From Candidatus Woesearchaeota archaeon (lineage in GTDB: Archaea > Nanobdellota > Nanobdellia > SCGC-AAA011-G17 > PNOQ01), in assembly GCA_964596705.1 (NCBI GenBank), contig CAZQVG010000001.1, positions 14,969-78,968 of the forward strand: a stretch of DNA of 64,000 nt, in the 5' to 3' direction. Every line of letters begins with the position of its first letter. Positions within the stretch are counted from its first letter, which is position 1. A model generated the notes under the pieces. That model searched no databases. It was given only the letters and a program-made list of their open reading frames with translations, and was not told the origin of the DNA. The position numbers and the translations under genes were made by a program. Below are positions 19,072-28,912 of this stretch, piece after piece.

Positions 19072-19104
19072 GCTTTAAAAAGGAACAAAAATCTTCAAAA
19101 TAAA

Positions 19105-19542
19105 ATGTTAGACTCGTTATTTAACTCAATCTTTGGATGGGCGATAGACATATCCCCAATATTTGGGTTATTTATAATAGCGTTTGTTCTAACATTATTC
19201 GTAACTTTGGTCTATAAGTTTATGACTGACCAAGAATTATTGAAGAGCATAAAACAAGAGATGAAGGAAATTCGAGAGGAAATGAAAAAATTTAAAGATG
19301 ATCCTCAGAAGATGATGGAACTAAATAAAAAATCCATGGAACATTCATTATCTCAAATGAAAAACACTTTTAAACCCATGCTAATTACCTTTATCCCGCT
19401 AATAATAGTCTTTGGATGGCTAAGAAATATATATGGAACGTTAACTTTAAATTTCTTAGGTATCCATAGTTGGCTATTAATATACATCATATTTTCAATG
19501 GTGTTGAGTTTAATATTAAGAAAAATAATGAAGGTGTACTAA
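19105..19542 (+). CDS. DUF106 family membrane protein (archaeal Oxa1/EMC3-like insertase candidate)
   Basis: 145 aa. TM1, a coiled-coil K/E-rich loop, then TM2-TM3. Conserved position downstream of secY in archaea. Confidence 0.6.
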   Translation: MLDSLFNSIFGWAIDISPIFGLFIIAFVLTLFVTLVYKFMTDQELLKSIKQEMKEIREEMKKFKDDPQKMMELNKKSMEHSLSQMKNTFKPMLITFIPLIIVFGWLRNIYGTLTLNFLGIHSWLLIYIIFSMVLSLILRKIMKVY

Positions 19543-19543
19543 A

Positions 19544-19807
19544 ATGCCAGACGGAAAACATAAATCAAGGTCGTTAAGGAGAGTTTTTGTAAGAACTCCA
19601 GGAAAAGAAACTAAACTACATTATAGAGAAAGGAAGCCTAAAAAGAAGAAATGTTCAGAATGTGGTAAACAATTGCATGGAATTCCACATTTAATTCAGT
19701 CTAAATTCAGGAACCTACCAAAAACAAAGAAACGTCCTCAAAGACCTTACGGAGGAGTATTATGCTCATCTTGTATGAGGAAAAAAATAAAGGAGCAGGT
19801 GTTGTAA
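19544..19807 (+). CDS. rpl34e: 50S ribosomal protein L34e
   Basis: RSLRRVFVRTPGK....Y..RK.K...C..CG is the L34e signature. Confidence 0.8.
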   Translation: MPDGKHKSRSLRRVFVRTPGKETKLHYRERKPKKKKCSECGKQLHGIPHLIQSKFRNLPKTKKRPQRPYGGVLCSSCMRKKIKEQVL

Positions 19808-19808
19808 A

Positions 19809-20126
19809 ATGTTCGAAGTAGGAAGACTTGTTATAAAACTTGCAGGGCGTGATGCAGGACAAACAGGGATAGTTGTTAAGAAAATAGATGAAAATAATGT
19901 TTTGATAGATGGAAATGTAAGAAGAAGAAAATGCAACATAAAACACTTGCAACCATTAAAAGACGTTCTTAAAATAAAAGAAAATGCTTCTACTGCAGAA
20001 GTTCATAAAATAATGTCTGCTGCAGGAATAAAGATTATAGAAAAAAAGAAAGTAAAGAGATCAGAGAAGAAGAAAGTTGAAGAGACAAAAACAACAAAGA
20101 AAAAGAAGGCTTCTACTAAAAAATGA
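19809..20126 (+). CDS. rpl14e: 50S ribosomal protein L14e (KOW)
   Basis: FEVGRLVIKLAGRDAGQTGIVV KOW motif. K-rich tail. Confidence 0.75.
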   Translation: MFEVGRLVIKLAGRDAGQTGIVVKKIDENNVLIDGNVRRRKCNIKHLQPLKDVLKIKENASTAEVHKIMSAAGIKIIEKKKVKRSEKKKVEETKTTKKKKASTKK

Positions 20127-20497
20127 ATAATCAAGAAGAAGCTCAAAAATTTATAGCACAACAACTTTTGGGACAACAATTACAACAGTTAGAGCAACAA
20201 ATTGCTACAATAGAAATGCAGATGAAAGATTTAAACGTTCTAAAAGAAAGTTTGAATGAACTAAGCAATTTAGATGATTGCAAGATTCATACTCCTTTAG
20301 GAGCAGGTGTATTTTTAGAGTCCCATTTATCTAAACCTGAAACTGTACTCTTGAATGTTGGTGCAGGGGTTATTGTAAAGAAAGATACTCCGACAGCCAT
20401 AAAAATAATTGGAAAGCAAATAGAAGAACTTGAAAGCATAAAGAAGCAAATGGAAAACAGTTTTAATGAATTATCAAAAAATCTCGAGTCTTTATAG
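20123..20497 (+). CDS. pfdA: prefoldin alpha subunit
   Basis: Coiled coil, two beta-hairpins (TPLGAGVFLES...TVLLNVGAGVIVKK), coiled coil. Confidence 0.65.
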   Translation: MNNQEEAQKFIAQQLLGQQLQQLEQQIATIEMQMKDLNVLKESLNELSNLDDCKIHTPLGAGVFLESHLSKPETVLLNVGAGVIVKKDTPTAIKIIGKQIEELESIKKQMENSFNELSKNLESL

Positions 20498-20539
20498 GGA
20501 ATCTAAATTTATTTAAAGAAAGATTAATTATTCTTTTCT

Positions 20540-21781
20540 ATGGATCCTCAAGCTTATTATTCGAATTCAGAGATAAAAAAAGAACTTGTTTTTAATGCCC
20601 AAAATAGAGAAGTTGCAGTAAGATTTGGAAACGGTGGTTTTGGGAAACGACCAGACATTTTGCAATTTGATAATGAGGTCACAGATTTTGTTAAGAAGGG
20701 AGCAACATCTTTTCATATTTCTGAGGAACACTGGAGAAATCCATTGGACTTAAAGCCAGGAATGACAAAAAGAGAACTGGATAACCTGAGGACAGGATGG
20801 GATTTAGTCCTAGATATAGATTCTCCTGATTTAGAAGATTCAAAGATTATAACCCATTATTTAATTGAAGCTATAAGGTTTCATGATGTTAAAAATATTT
20901 CAGTTAAATTCTCTGGGAATAAAGGATTTCATATAGCCATTCCATTTAAGGCATTTCCTGCGAGAGTAAATGATGTAGAAACAGTAAAATTATTTCCCGA
21001 GGGTCCAAAAGTAATTGCACAATATCTTGTAAATATGATAGAACCTGTATTAGTTGAAAAATATGGGGAGCAGATGAGGGAAAAACTAAAAGTAGACACC
21101 GTCTTGATATCGAATAGACACATGTTTAGAGCGCCATATAGTTTGCATGAGAAATCCGGGTTAGTTAGTTTGCCAATAAAAGCTGAAGAGGTTTTAAGCT
21201 TTAATAAGGAGTCGGCTAAACCAGAAAAGGTTAAGGCCAGACTAAGGTTTATGGACGATTCTGATGTTCAGCAGGGAGAAGCTTCATCTTTAATAACTCA
21301 AGCATTTGATTGGAATGCCAGAAATTCTTCAAAGATAGAAGATTATTACGAGGACATTCCAAACTTAAAACCTCAAGAATTTGAGGAGATTAGTGAAGCA
21401 ATTCCTGAAGAGTATTTTCCGCCATGCATCAAAATGGGTTTAGCAGGAATAGAAGATGGCAGAAAAAGATTTTTGTTCATCCTTATAAATTTCTTAAGGT
21501 CTGTGGGGTGGAATATGAAAGAGATTGAAGAAAGGGTTTGGAAGTGGAATAATAGTCTGGAAAACCCCCTAAAAGAAGGATATGTAATGTCTCAGCTAAA
21601 TTGGCATAAGGCAAATAAGAAGAAAGTTCTGCCACCAAACTATGCAAATAAGGCATATTATGCAGATATTGGGATTCTGCCGCCTGAGAATATAACCTCT
21701 AAATTCAAAAATCCTGTAACCTATACTATTCGTATGTTTAGGGCTAAAAATAAGCGAAAAAATAAGAAAAAATCAAGTTAA
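20540..21781 (+). CDS. priS: DNA primase small catalytic subunit PriS (AEP family) with extended helical C-terminal domain
   Basis: AEP motifs I (WDLVLDIDSPD), II (FSGNKGFHIAIP) and III (DTVLISNRHMFRAPYSLHEKSG). About 413 aa with an extra C-terminal block FPPCIKMGLAGIEDGRKRFLFILINFLRSVGW. Confidence 0.8.
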   Translation: MDPQAYYSNSEIKKELVFNAQNREVAVRFGNGGFGKRPDILQFDNEVTDFVKKGATSFHISEEHWRNPLDLKPGMTKRELDNLRTGWDLVLDIDSPDLEDSKIITHYLIEAIRFHDVKNISVKFSGNKGFHIAIPFKAFPARVNDVETVKLFPEGPKVIAQYLVNMIEPVLVEKYGEQMREKLKVDTVLISNRHMFRAPYSLHEKSGLVSLPIKAEEVLSFNKESAKPEKVKARLRFMDDSDVQQGEASSLITQAFDWNARNSSKIEDYYEDIPNLKPQEFEEISEAIPEEYFPPCIKMGLAGIEDGRKRFLFILINFLRSVGWNMKEIEERVWKWNNSLENPLKEGYVMSQLNWHKANKKKVLPPNYANKAYYADIGILPPENITSKFKNPVTYTIRMFRAKNKRKNKKKSS

Positions 21782-21820
21782 CAAAACATTTATAAATAAC
21801 CTAAAAATATTAAGAGAACC

Positions 21821-22009
21821 ATGGGAAGAATAAAAACTACACTAATTAAAAGGACTGCACATAAATTATTCTATTCAGATCCATCTAAATTCAAGAAGGA
21901 TTTTGAAGAGAATAAAAAGATTGTTTCAGAATCTTTGATATTACGGTCGAAAAAATTTAGAAACATTATAGCAGGGTATGTTACTAGACTTGCTAAAAAA
22001 CAGTTATAG
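21821..22009 (+). CDS. rps17e: 30S ribosomal protein S17e
   Basis: MGRIKTTLIKRTAHKL...; 62 aa. Confidence 0.75.
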   Translation: MGRIKTTLIKRTAHKLFYSDPSKFKKDFEENKKIVSESLILRSKKFRNIIAGYVTRLAKKQL

Positions 22010-22038
22010 TCCTTTAAAGGATACAGGAGGTAACTAAA

Positions 22039-22356
22039 ATGACTGAAGAAAACGCAGTACAAAATGAACAAAAAAAAGACGATGACTATATAGTGTTTGT
22101 TGGTGGAAAACCATTCATGAATTATGTAACTGGAGTAGTTATGCAGTTTACAACGCAAAATGCAACAGAAGTTGTGATAAAAGCGAGAGGGAAGTTTATT
22201 TCTAGGGCAGTGGACATTGCAGAAGTAGCAACAAAGAGATTTTTAGAGAATGCAGTAGAAGTTGCTGACATAAAGATCGATAGTGAAGAATTTGAAAACA
22301 AAGAGGGAAAACAAGTAAGAGTTTCCACAATGGAAATAACTTTAAGAAAGAAATAA
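22039..22356 (+). CDS. alba: DNA/RNA-binding protein Alba
   Basis: Alba fold blocks (IKARGKFISRAVDIAEV...QVRVSTMEITLRKK). CAGGAGGT Shine-Dalgarno upstream. Confidence 0.8.
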   Translation: MTEENAVQNEQKKDDDYIVFVGGKPFMNYVTGVVMQFTTQNATEVVIKARGKFISRAVDIAEVATKRFLENAVEVADIKIDSEEFENKEGKQVRVSTMEITLRKK

Positions 22357-22434
22357 ATTTTTAATTTTTCTTTATTATATTTTATAAAAACCTTTAAAAA
22401 CAATTAATTCTAGATTTTAATTAAAAGAGGTAAG

Positions 22435-24144
22435 ATGGATTTTATAGCTACACTTTCAGAATTATCGAGCAGTAGTTTATTGACAGAAATAGGAATAATA
22501 TTGATATTTGCTACCATACTCGCTTTTATTGTAAGAGCGTTTAGACAACCGCTAGTTCCAGCATATATTCTAGCAGGTTTAATTTTGGGGCCGCTTGGAT
22601 TGGGTGTAGTAAAAGATCCAGAATCAATCAGAGTCTTATCTGAATTTGGAATCGCGTTTTTATTATTTGCAGTTGGATTGGAAATAAACATTAAAAGATT
22701 GAAAGATATTGGCTTAACTGCTACCCTTGGTGGATTGCTGCAAGTTGTTTTTGTTTTCTTTGCAGGATTTTATATATCTACCAAGTTAGGATTTGCACAT
22801 TTTGAATCCATTGTTTTGGGGTTGGTTTTAGCATTTAGTTCTACAATGATTGTTGTGAAACTTTTATCTGATAGGGAACAGTTAGATACTTTGCATGGAA
22901 GAATTGTTTTAGGTATTTTGCTTATCCAAGACTTAATCATTATATTAGTATTATCTATTTTGTCATCCTCAGGAAATATTTCCTCCTCCTTAATATTTGC
23001 AGCATTGATTAGGGGTGCAATACTATTCTCAGCTGCTTTCTTGGCAAGTAAATATATTTTTCCAAATCTATTTGAATTTGCTGCGAGATCAAAAGAGTTA
23101 TTGTTTTTAACATCCTTAACTGTGTTATTTCTGTTCTCTATTTTAGCATATTTCTTATCTTTCTCAGTTGCAATCGGAGCATTTGTAAGCGGGTTGGCAT
23201 TAGCAAGTTTGCCTTATCACTATGATATTGTTGGAAACGTAAACCCATTAAAAGGATTTTTTGCTACAATATTCTTTACTTCATTAGGTATGCAATTAAC
23301 AACAATAGAACCAAATTATATGGTAAAGGCAATATGGTTGATTTTGGCAGTTATAATTATTAAACCGTTAATTGTTTATTTGATAATTACTTTATTTGGA
23401 TATGAGAAAAGAACTGCCTTTTTCTCTGGATTAAGTTTAGGCCAAACCAGCGAATTCTCATTGATATTAATTGTTATGCCATTTATAGTTAGCGCAATTT
23501 CTCAAGAGGTATTTTCATTAGTAATTTTGATCACAATAGTTACAATGATCCTCACTTCTTATTTATTAGAGTTCCAATATTCAATATACTTATTTTTCTC
23601 GCCAATTTTGAGGTTTGTAGAGAAAGTTTTCCCTGTAAAGAAAAGAATGGTATTAGAGTATACTCCAAGAAATGAAAAAATTGATGTGGTGTTAATCGGA
23701 AAACATAGGATGGGAAACATATTTTTTAAGATCTTAGCAAGTTTAAAGAAGAGAGTACTTGTTATAGACCATAATCCAGACATAATTAAGAGACTATTAG
23801 ACAACAAAATACCATGTATCTATGGCAACATGTCAAATCGAGAGGTATTAGATAAGATAAAGACAAAAAATTTAAAGATTATAATCTCTACAGTGCCCAA
23901 TGAAAGAGACAATATTTATTTGATAAGATATATAAAATCAAAGAATCCAAAAATAAATGTTATAGTTACTGCTAACCACATTCATCAAGCAAAACACCTT
24001 TATAATATCGGGGCAGACTATGTAATTCTACCACACATTCTAAGTGGAGAAAAAGTAGCAACTATGTTAAAAAAATCGGTAAGAGACAAATCTTATTTCC
24101 AAAGAAGTAAGAAAAAACATTTGAAAGATTTAAACGGAAGTTAG
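22435..24144 (+). CDS. cation:proton antiporter (CPA2/Kef-type) with C-terminal TrkA-N/RCK domain
   Basis: About 12 TM helices with CPA2-like helices, followed by a Rossmann-like block VVLIGKHRMGNIFFKIL....VLVID. Confidence 0.75.
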   Translation: MDFIATLSELSSSSLLTEIGIILIFATILAFIVRAFRQPLVPAYILAGLILGPLGLGVVKDPESIRVLSEFGIAFLLFAVGLEINIKRLKDIGLTATLGGLLQVVFVFFAGFYISTKLGFAHFESIVLGLVLAFSSTMIVVKLLSDREQLDTLHGRIVLGILLIQDLIIILVLSILSSSGNISSSLIFAALIRGAILFSAAFLASKYIFPNLFEFAARSKELLFLTSLTVLFLFSILAYFLSFSVAIGAFVSGLALASLPYHYDIVGNVNPLKGFFATIFFTSLGMQLTTIEPNYMVKAIWLILAVIIIKPLIVYLIITLFGYEKRTAFFSGLSLGQTSEFSLILIVMPFIVSAISQEVFSLVILITIVTMILTSYLLEFQYSIYLFFSPILRFVEKVFPVKKRMVLEYTPRNEKIDVVLIGKHRMGNIFFKILASLKKRVLVIDHNPDIIKRLLDNKIPCIYGNMSNREVLDKIKTKNLKIIISTVPNERDNIYLIRYIKSKNPKINVIVTANHIHQAKHLYNIGADYVILPHILSGEKVATMLKKSVRDKSYFQRSKKKHLKDLNGS

Positions 24145-24219
24145 TGGCGCCACCCGGATTTGAACCGGGGATCTTCTGCTCATGAAACAGACGCATTAAC
24201 CAGGCTATGCTATGGCGCC
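24145..24219 (-). tRNA. tRNA-Met (CAU), elongator-type (G1:C72); Ile2 (agmatidine) identity not excluded
   Basis: Reverse complement folds as GGCGCCA-TA-GCAT..ATGC-G-TCTGT[TTCATGA]GCAGA-AGATC-CCCGG[TTCAAAT]CCGGG-TGGCGCC-A. No intron; CCA not encoded. Confidence 0.85.
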
Positions 24220-24265
24220 ATATTTGTTGAGACAATATATCTTATTTATAAATCTAACTATTGGA

Positions 24266-27200
24266 TTAATTTAATAATCCCCAGTACGGAATATCTGGAG
24301 TCAAGGGAGTATTTGATGGATCTATTTGTTGGAAGGTAATTTGTCCAGATTCAATAACTGGTTTATATATTCCCTGATTTAGCTGATAATTTGGGTATAA
24401 GTCTTTAAACAATTTATTTTCTTGTACTGAGAAGATGTTCCATCTTGAATCTGCCAATTTACGTCTAAAATGAATAATTCTTCTTCCGGTTAAATTTATA
24501 GTTTGATTTAATTTAGAATATACAAAATAAGTTTTTAAATAGTCTAAACTTAAAGAGTTGTTTTCCTCTGTTTTTATTGCATTCCAACCAGTTCCATTAT
24601 ATGAAAGAACTATAGAATCATTAAATAAATCTGTTGTTAATGAATCGTTTTTTATCCTTATTGTAATTATGTTCCATCCTTTTGTAAGATTGATTGTTTG
24701 TTCATAAGGAATTGGGGTATATTCGGTTTGGTTAAAACTATAATCTCCAGTGTTAAAGAGGTCGTGTTTTATGTAAGGCCAATCCCTTTTCCCTGAGTAG
24801 GGTGTATTGAGCTCCCAAACATGTAATCTATTGTCTGTTGTATACATTGCAGTTATTGTAGCAAATATTAGATCTGTTTTATTGTCCTGATCTATATCAT
24901 CTATTATGGGTGGATTGCGGGATATTGTAGCTCCAATATCATATGCCTCCCAAGATATTTTTTTAGGCCAACCAGATTTAAGATTTCCAGTCAAACCATC
25001 TAATGAGATCAATTTTACATAATCTCCTGTAAAGGAATAGGTCGAGAATCCGTGGTAATAATATCCTCCCATTATGTCTAAATTGTTATCCCCACCAATA
25101 TCTGCAACTGTTATTGGTGCAAGACTTACGTTGTAATATGCCCTATTCCAAGGTTTAAGAGATATCAAGTCAGAATCATATGCACCGATAAAATACCCGG
25201 TTGTATCATGGATAAGAACAAAAATAATTTTACTTTGGGTTTCTGGATCTGTTGCCAATGCTAATCTTCGATCATAGTAGTATTGGGAAGTAGTGTTGCT
25301 GGCTATTTCGCTTCCATTGTAAAATATTAGTTTTAAGTCTTTGCCGTTTGTTGCGATCAACTCATTAATACCATCTAAATTAACATCTCCAATTACTGTT
25401 TTTGGAGCATACATTTGAGTAGAAATAATATCTCCTGTAAGATTGCAAATATACACTAAGTTCTGACCAGAAAGTACTATCTCTTTTATTGAATCATTAT
25501 TTAAATCCCCCACAGAGATATCATAGATTGAATCGCTGAAATATTTGGGGAAATTTGATATATTAGATCCAGAACTATTTAAAACATACAAGTAAGCCCT
25601 ATTAGATTTATCATTCACATAGAAAATTAGTTCTAATGATCCATCATTATTTAGGTCGGATGCTATTGGATCTGAAATGGAGGTCGCACGATATGATTTA
25701 GGCCATCCTGGGAAATAAGAACCGTTTAAATAAAAAATAGACATATTATTTGCAGAGGTTGCAGTTATTATTTCCTCCACTCCATCAAAATCAAAATCTG
25801 CTACTATTGGAGTAGCTTCTTTAGATACATTTATTGGCCATCCTGGGAAATAAGAACCGTTTGAGTTAAAGATGTATATCTTTTTATCACTCTGGATTAC
25901 TATTTCTTTTTTTCCATCTTTGTCAAGATCTTCAGTTAGTATATTTCCATGAGATCTGCCTTCTAATCGTTGAGGCCACCCTAGCTTATATTGGGGATTT
26001 ATATTAATTGGAAATGTATCAACTGCTATTTGCCCGAAACTATCAAAAACTTTTATTTTTATTACATAGTCTGTATTTGGTGTTAGTATAGATGTGTTAA
26101 ATGAATAGATTAATCCGTTTGTTACCTTGTTTGTTATTTCCCCCACTAGATTAAAGGTTGATGGGTCTACACCTTCACCATAATAAATTTCTGCTTTATG
26201 AAAATTATCCCCCCCAGCAGTACCGTAAATTTTCAATAAATCTCCTTCAAATTTTGTTTTCATTGAATCTATGATGGCAATGGGGAAGGATCCTGTTATC
26301 GTTGTTTTATTTGTAATATATAGTGCTTTTGAAGCGTTGATAATCCCTGTTCCAACATATCTATTTATTGGGTTAGATTTATTAAATGGAGATGTAGCAT
26401 ATTGTAAAATAGAATAAACTTCATTAACAGATAGGTTTGGGTTTTTAGAGAGCATAAGTGCTGCAACTCCTGCGGTAATAGGTGAGGAAAAAGAAGTTCC
26501 TGAAGCCCACACATAATCGCTACTCAAGAGGTAGGAGTTTGTTGTATATGTTGCTGCAGGCGAAGCAAGATCTACCTTTGGTCCGGAATTTGATCCACCT
26601 TGACCTTCCGTGCAGTAATTATCTATTGAATTTCCATACCAAGCTCTTGCCGTAGAAGTAGATCCTGCCACACAGAATACCCTTTCACTATCGCAAAGAT
26701 TATTTGTCCTGCCTGGGTCGCACCTATAAAAGTTTCCTGCGCCGGTAAACAAAGCAACACCGGATTCATATGCATAATCTAGAACATCTTTTAAAGCCCC
26801 GTTATAATCTGACATCCAACTCATACTAATTAATCTTGCACCATTATCGACAGCATATTGTATTCCTTCTGGATATCCTGAACCATATCCTTTAAGAGCT
26901 ATGAATTTACAGTTCCAACATAATCCAGAAACACCTTTTGAATTATTGGTTTTTGCAGAGATCAGCCCAGTAGTAGCAGTTCCATGGGAGAAGGTTATGT
27001 AGGGAAGAGGAGCAGGATCATTATCGTTAGCTATAAAATCCCAACCAATTAAATCATCTATGTATCCGTTATTGTCGTCATCCACCCCATTTAGATCTCC
27101 TGGATCAAAGGTATATCTATTTAAAGTATCGTTCCAAACCAAAACATCCCCATCGCCATCTGCATCTTCACCAAGATTTCTCCAAACATTATCCACCAAG

Positions 27201-27790
27201 TCTTCATGGTACCACAATACATCTGTATCTGGAACTGCTACTTTGATATCTGGTGAACCTGTCTCAATGTCCCATGCACCTATTGCATTTATGCCTGGAT
27301 ATTCAAAGATATGCCATGCTGCACTTGGATCATTCGGGGTGCCGATTAGGCAAGTAGTTCCTGCTAAATTAGCATCTTCCACATAAGGAAGTGATTTAAT
27401 ATTTGACAATAATTCTGATAAATCTGTTCCTTCTGGAAATTCTAGTTTAATCCATCTATCTAAACCGTATTTTTTCTGAAGTAATTTTTTTGATTTATCT
27501 CCGGATATTTTAAATAGTTTTTTTGATGATAAAGGATTAACAAATTTGTCTTTTGGAACAATATCATTTACTAATTTTTTAATATCTTTTTGATTCGATA
27601 TTTTTGAAGAATCTTTTAGCTTGATGTATAAAATATTTGAAGAGTTATAACAACGAGTTGTAGAATTGTAATTTAAAGGTGAATAAGTGACTGGTTTATT
27701 GGATTGATTTGTTTCTTTAAGATAGTATTCACAAGATGAAATAAATAAGACAAATACGACAAGTGATAAAAATATGATCCCTCTTTTCAT
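24266..27790 (-). CDS. secreted subtilisin-like serine protease (peptidase S8) with large FG-GAP-like repeat domain
   Basis: Signal peptide. S8 catalytic triad blocks (DTDVLWYHEDL / HGTATTGLIS / GTSFSSPITAGVAALM). About 600 aa of repeats with DxDxDGxxE Ca-binding motifs (DLDKDGKKEI, DFDFDGVEEI, DLNNDGSLEL). Confidence 0.75.
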   Translation of the reverse strand: MKRGIIFLSLVVFVLFISSCEYYLKETNQSNKPVTYSPLNYNSTTRCYNSSNILYIKLKDSSKISNQKDIKKLVNDIVPKDKFVNPLSSKKLFKISGDKSKKLLQKKYGLDRWIKLEFPEGTDLSELLSNIKSLPYVEDANLAGTTCLIGTPNDPSAAWHIFEYPGINAIGAWDIETGSPDIKVAVPDTDVLWYHEDLVDNVWRNLGEDADGDGDVLVWNDTLNRYTFDPGDLNGVDDDNNGYIDDLIGWDFIANDNDPAPLPYITFSHGTATTGLISAKTNNSKGVSGLCWNCKFIALKGYGSGYPEGIQYAVDNGARLISMSWMSDYNGALKDVLDYAYESGVALFTGAGNFYRCDPGRTNNLCDSERVFCVAGSTSTARAWYGNSIDNYCTEGQGGSNSGPKVDLASPAATYTTNSYLLSSDYVWASGTSFSSPITAGVAALMLSKNPNLSVNEVYSILQYATSPFNKSNPINRYVGTGIINASKALYITNKTTITGSFPIAIIDSMKTKFEGDLLKIYGTAGGDNFHKAEIYYGEGVDPSTFNLVGEITNKVTNGLIYSFNTSILTPNTDYVIKIKVFDSFGQIAVDTFPININPQYKLGWPQRLEGRSHGNILTEDLDKDGKKEIVIQSDKKIYIFNSNGSYFPGWPINVSKEATPIVADFDFDGVEEIITATSANNMSIFYLNGSYFPGWPKSYRATSISDPIASDLNNDGSLELIFYVNDKSNRAYLYVLNSSGSNISNFPKYFSDSIYDISVGDLNNDSIKEIVLSGQNLVYICNLTGDIISTQMYAPKTVIGDVNLDGINELIATNGKDLKLIFYNGSEIASNTTSQYYYDRRLALATDPETQSKIIFVLIHDTTGYFIGAYDSDLISLKPWNRAYYNVSLAPITVADIGGDNNLDIMGGYYYHGFSTYSFTGDYVKLISLDGLTGNLKSGWPKKISWEAYDIGATISRNPPIIDDIDQDNKTDLIFATITAMYTTDNRLHVWELNTPYSGKRDWPYIKHDLFNTGDYSFNQTEYTPIPYEQTINLTKGWNIITIRIKNDSLTTDLFNDSIVLSYNGTGWNAIKTEENNSLSLDYLKTYFVYSKLNQTINLTGRRIIHFRRKLADSRWNIFSVQENKLFKDLYPNYQLNQGIYKPVIESGQITFQQIDPSNTPLTPDIPYWGLLN

Positions 27791-27829
27791 ATTAAAAAGA
27801 AAGACTAAATTAGTTTATAAATATTTAGT

Positions 27830-28912
27830 TTAAGGTAAGAATTTTTTAGGATCTCTTACTTTATCAGGGAGATATTTCTCTATAACGTAATTTAAACCAT
27901 GTGCTGCCAACGCTTGTTGTTCCACCCTTTGTCCCTTCTTTTGAAGCAATTCTAATGCCTTTTTCCACTCTTTATGTTCTTTAACAAATGGATCATTTTT
28001 TAGAACATCTTTTATTTTCTTTTTATCTACCTCTTTTAAAGGATGTGTTGGTAGATCATATTCATCTATGTCTTGAGGCGTAACTCCCAAAAATTTTGCT
28101 TGAGGAACACAAAAATATTTGTTTATATGTGCACTATTTCCAGAACCTACTTTAAGAGTTCTATAAATATTCATATATCCATAGGGGTCTCCATCTGTAA
28201 ATACATAAACTGGTATCTTTTTCTCATCTGCAAGTCTTCTTATAAATCTCCTGCATGCCCTTGTTGGAACCCCTCCCATTGAAATTAGTATACAGTTTGC
28301 TTTTTTCCAATAATTATGTTTTACTAGTCTTTGAAACATACCTGCAGTTTCTATTGCAAGGATGAATTTTGCATCAGTTTCAAATTTTAAATGTTCTACA
28401 GAGGAGGGGATAGAATATGCTCCAGAACCAAATTTTGTACAATCAATTCTTATTTCTTTCCCTGAAGACGGATCTTTATCTATAACAATTAGTTTTCCTG
28501 CAATATCGCCCCCTTTTTCTTCAGGGATGAACCCAAGTTGTTCTCTGTTTACCATAAACATAGCTTCAATATCATCCATGACTGCATCTGATTCAGGTTG
28601 TTCTTTGAATCTTGCATCTCCCCAATTTTTAGAAACATAATAAGCTTCCCTCTTTGTTGCCATATCATCGTTTTCAATTATTTGTTTAGAAAGAGCCATC
28701 ATCTTTAAAGTTTGAGCAAAAGATTTTATGGTGTTTACTGTTAATGCTCGTGTTTTTTTAGCACCTTTTAATTCAAAATATCCTTTTTTTGGATCATAAC
28801 TTACATTACTCAGAGATCTAATAGGAATTGTTACCTCAGGTTTCTTCCTCTTATTTATCCTATCTTGAACTTTTAATGCAGTTTCCTTAATTTTTTTTAC
28901 AACTTCGTTCAT
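27830..28912 (-). CDS. top6A: DNA topoisomerase VI subunit A (Spo11-like)
   Basis: Toprim block [11 protein letters not shown], catalytic Tyr region, 360 aa. Confidence 0.9.
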   Translation of the reverse strand: MNEVVKKIKETALKVQDRINKRKKPEVTIPIRSLSNVSYDPKKGYFELKGAKKTRALTVNTIKSFAQTLKMMALSKQIIENDDMATKREAYYVSKNWGDARFKEQPESDAVMDDIEAMFMVNREQLGFIPEEKGGDIAGKLIVIDKDPSSGKEIRIDCTKFGSGAYSIPSSVEHLKFETDAKFILAIETAGMFQRLVKHNYWKKANCILISMGGVPTRACRRFIRRLADEKKIPVYVFTDGDPYGYMNIYRTLKVGSGNSAHINKYFCVPQAKFLGVTPQDIDEYDLPTHPLKEVDKKKIKDVLKNDPFVKEHKEWKKALELLQKKGQRVEQQALAAHGLNYVIEKYLPDKVRDPKKFLP

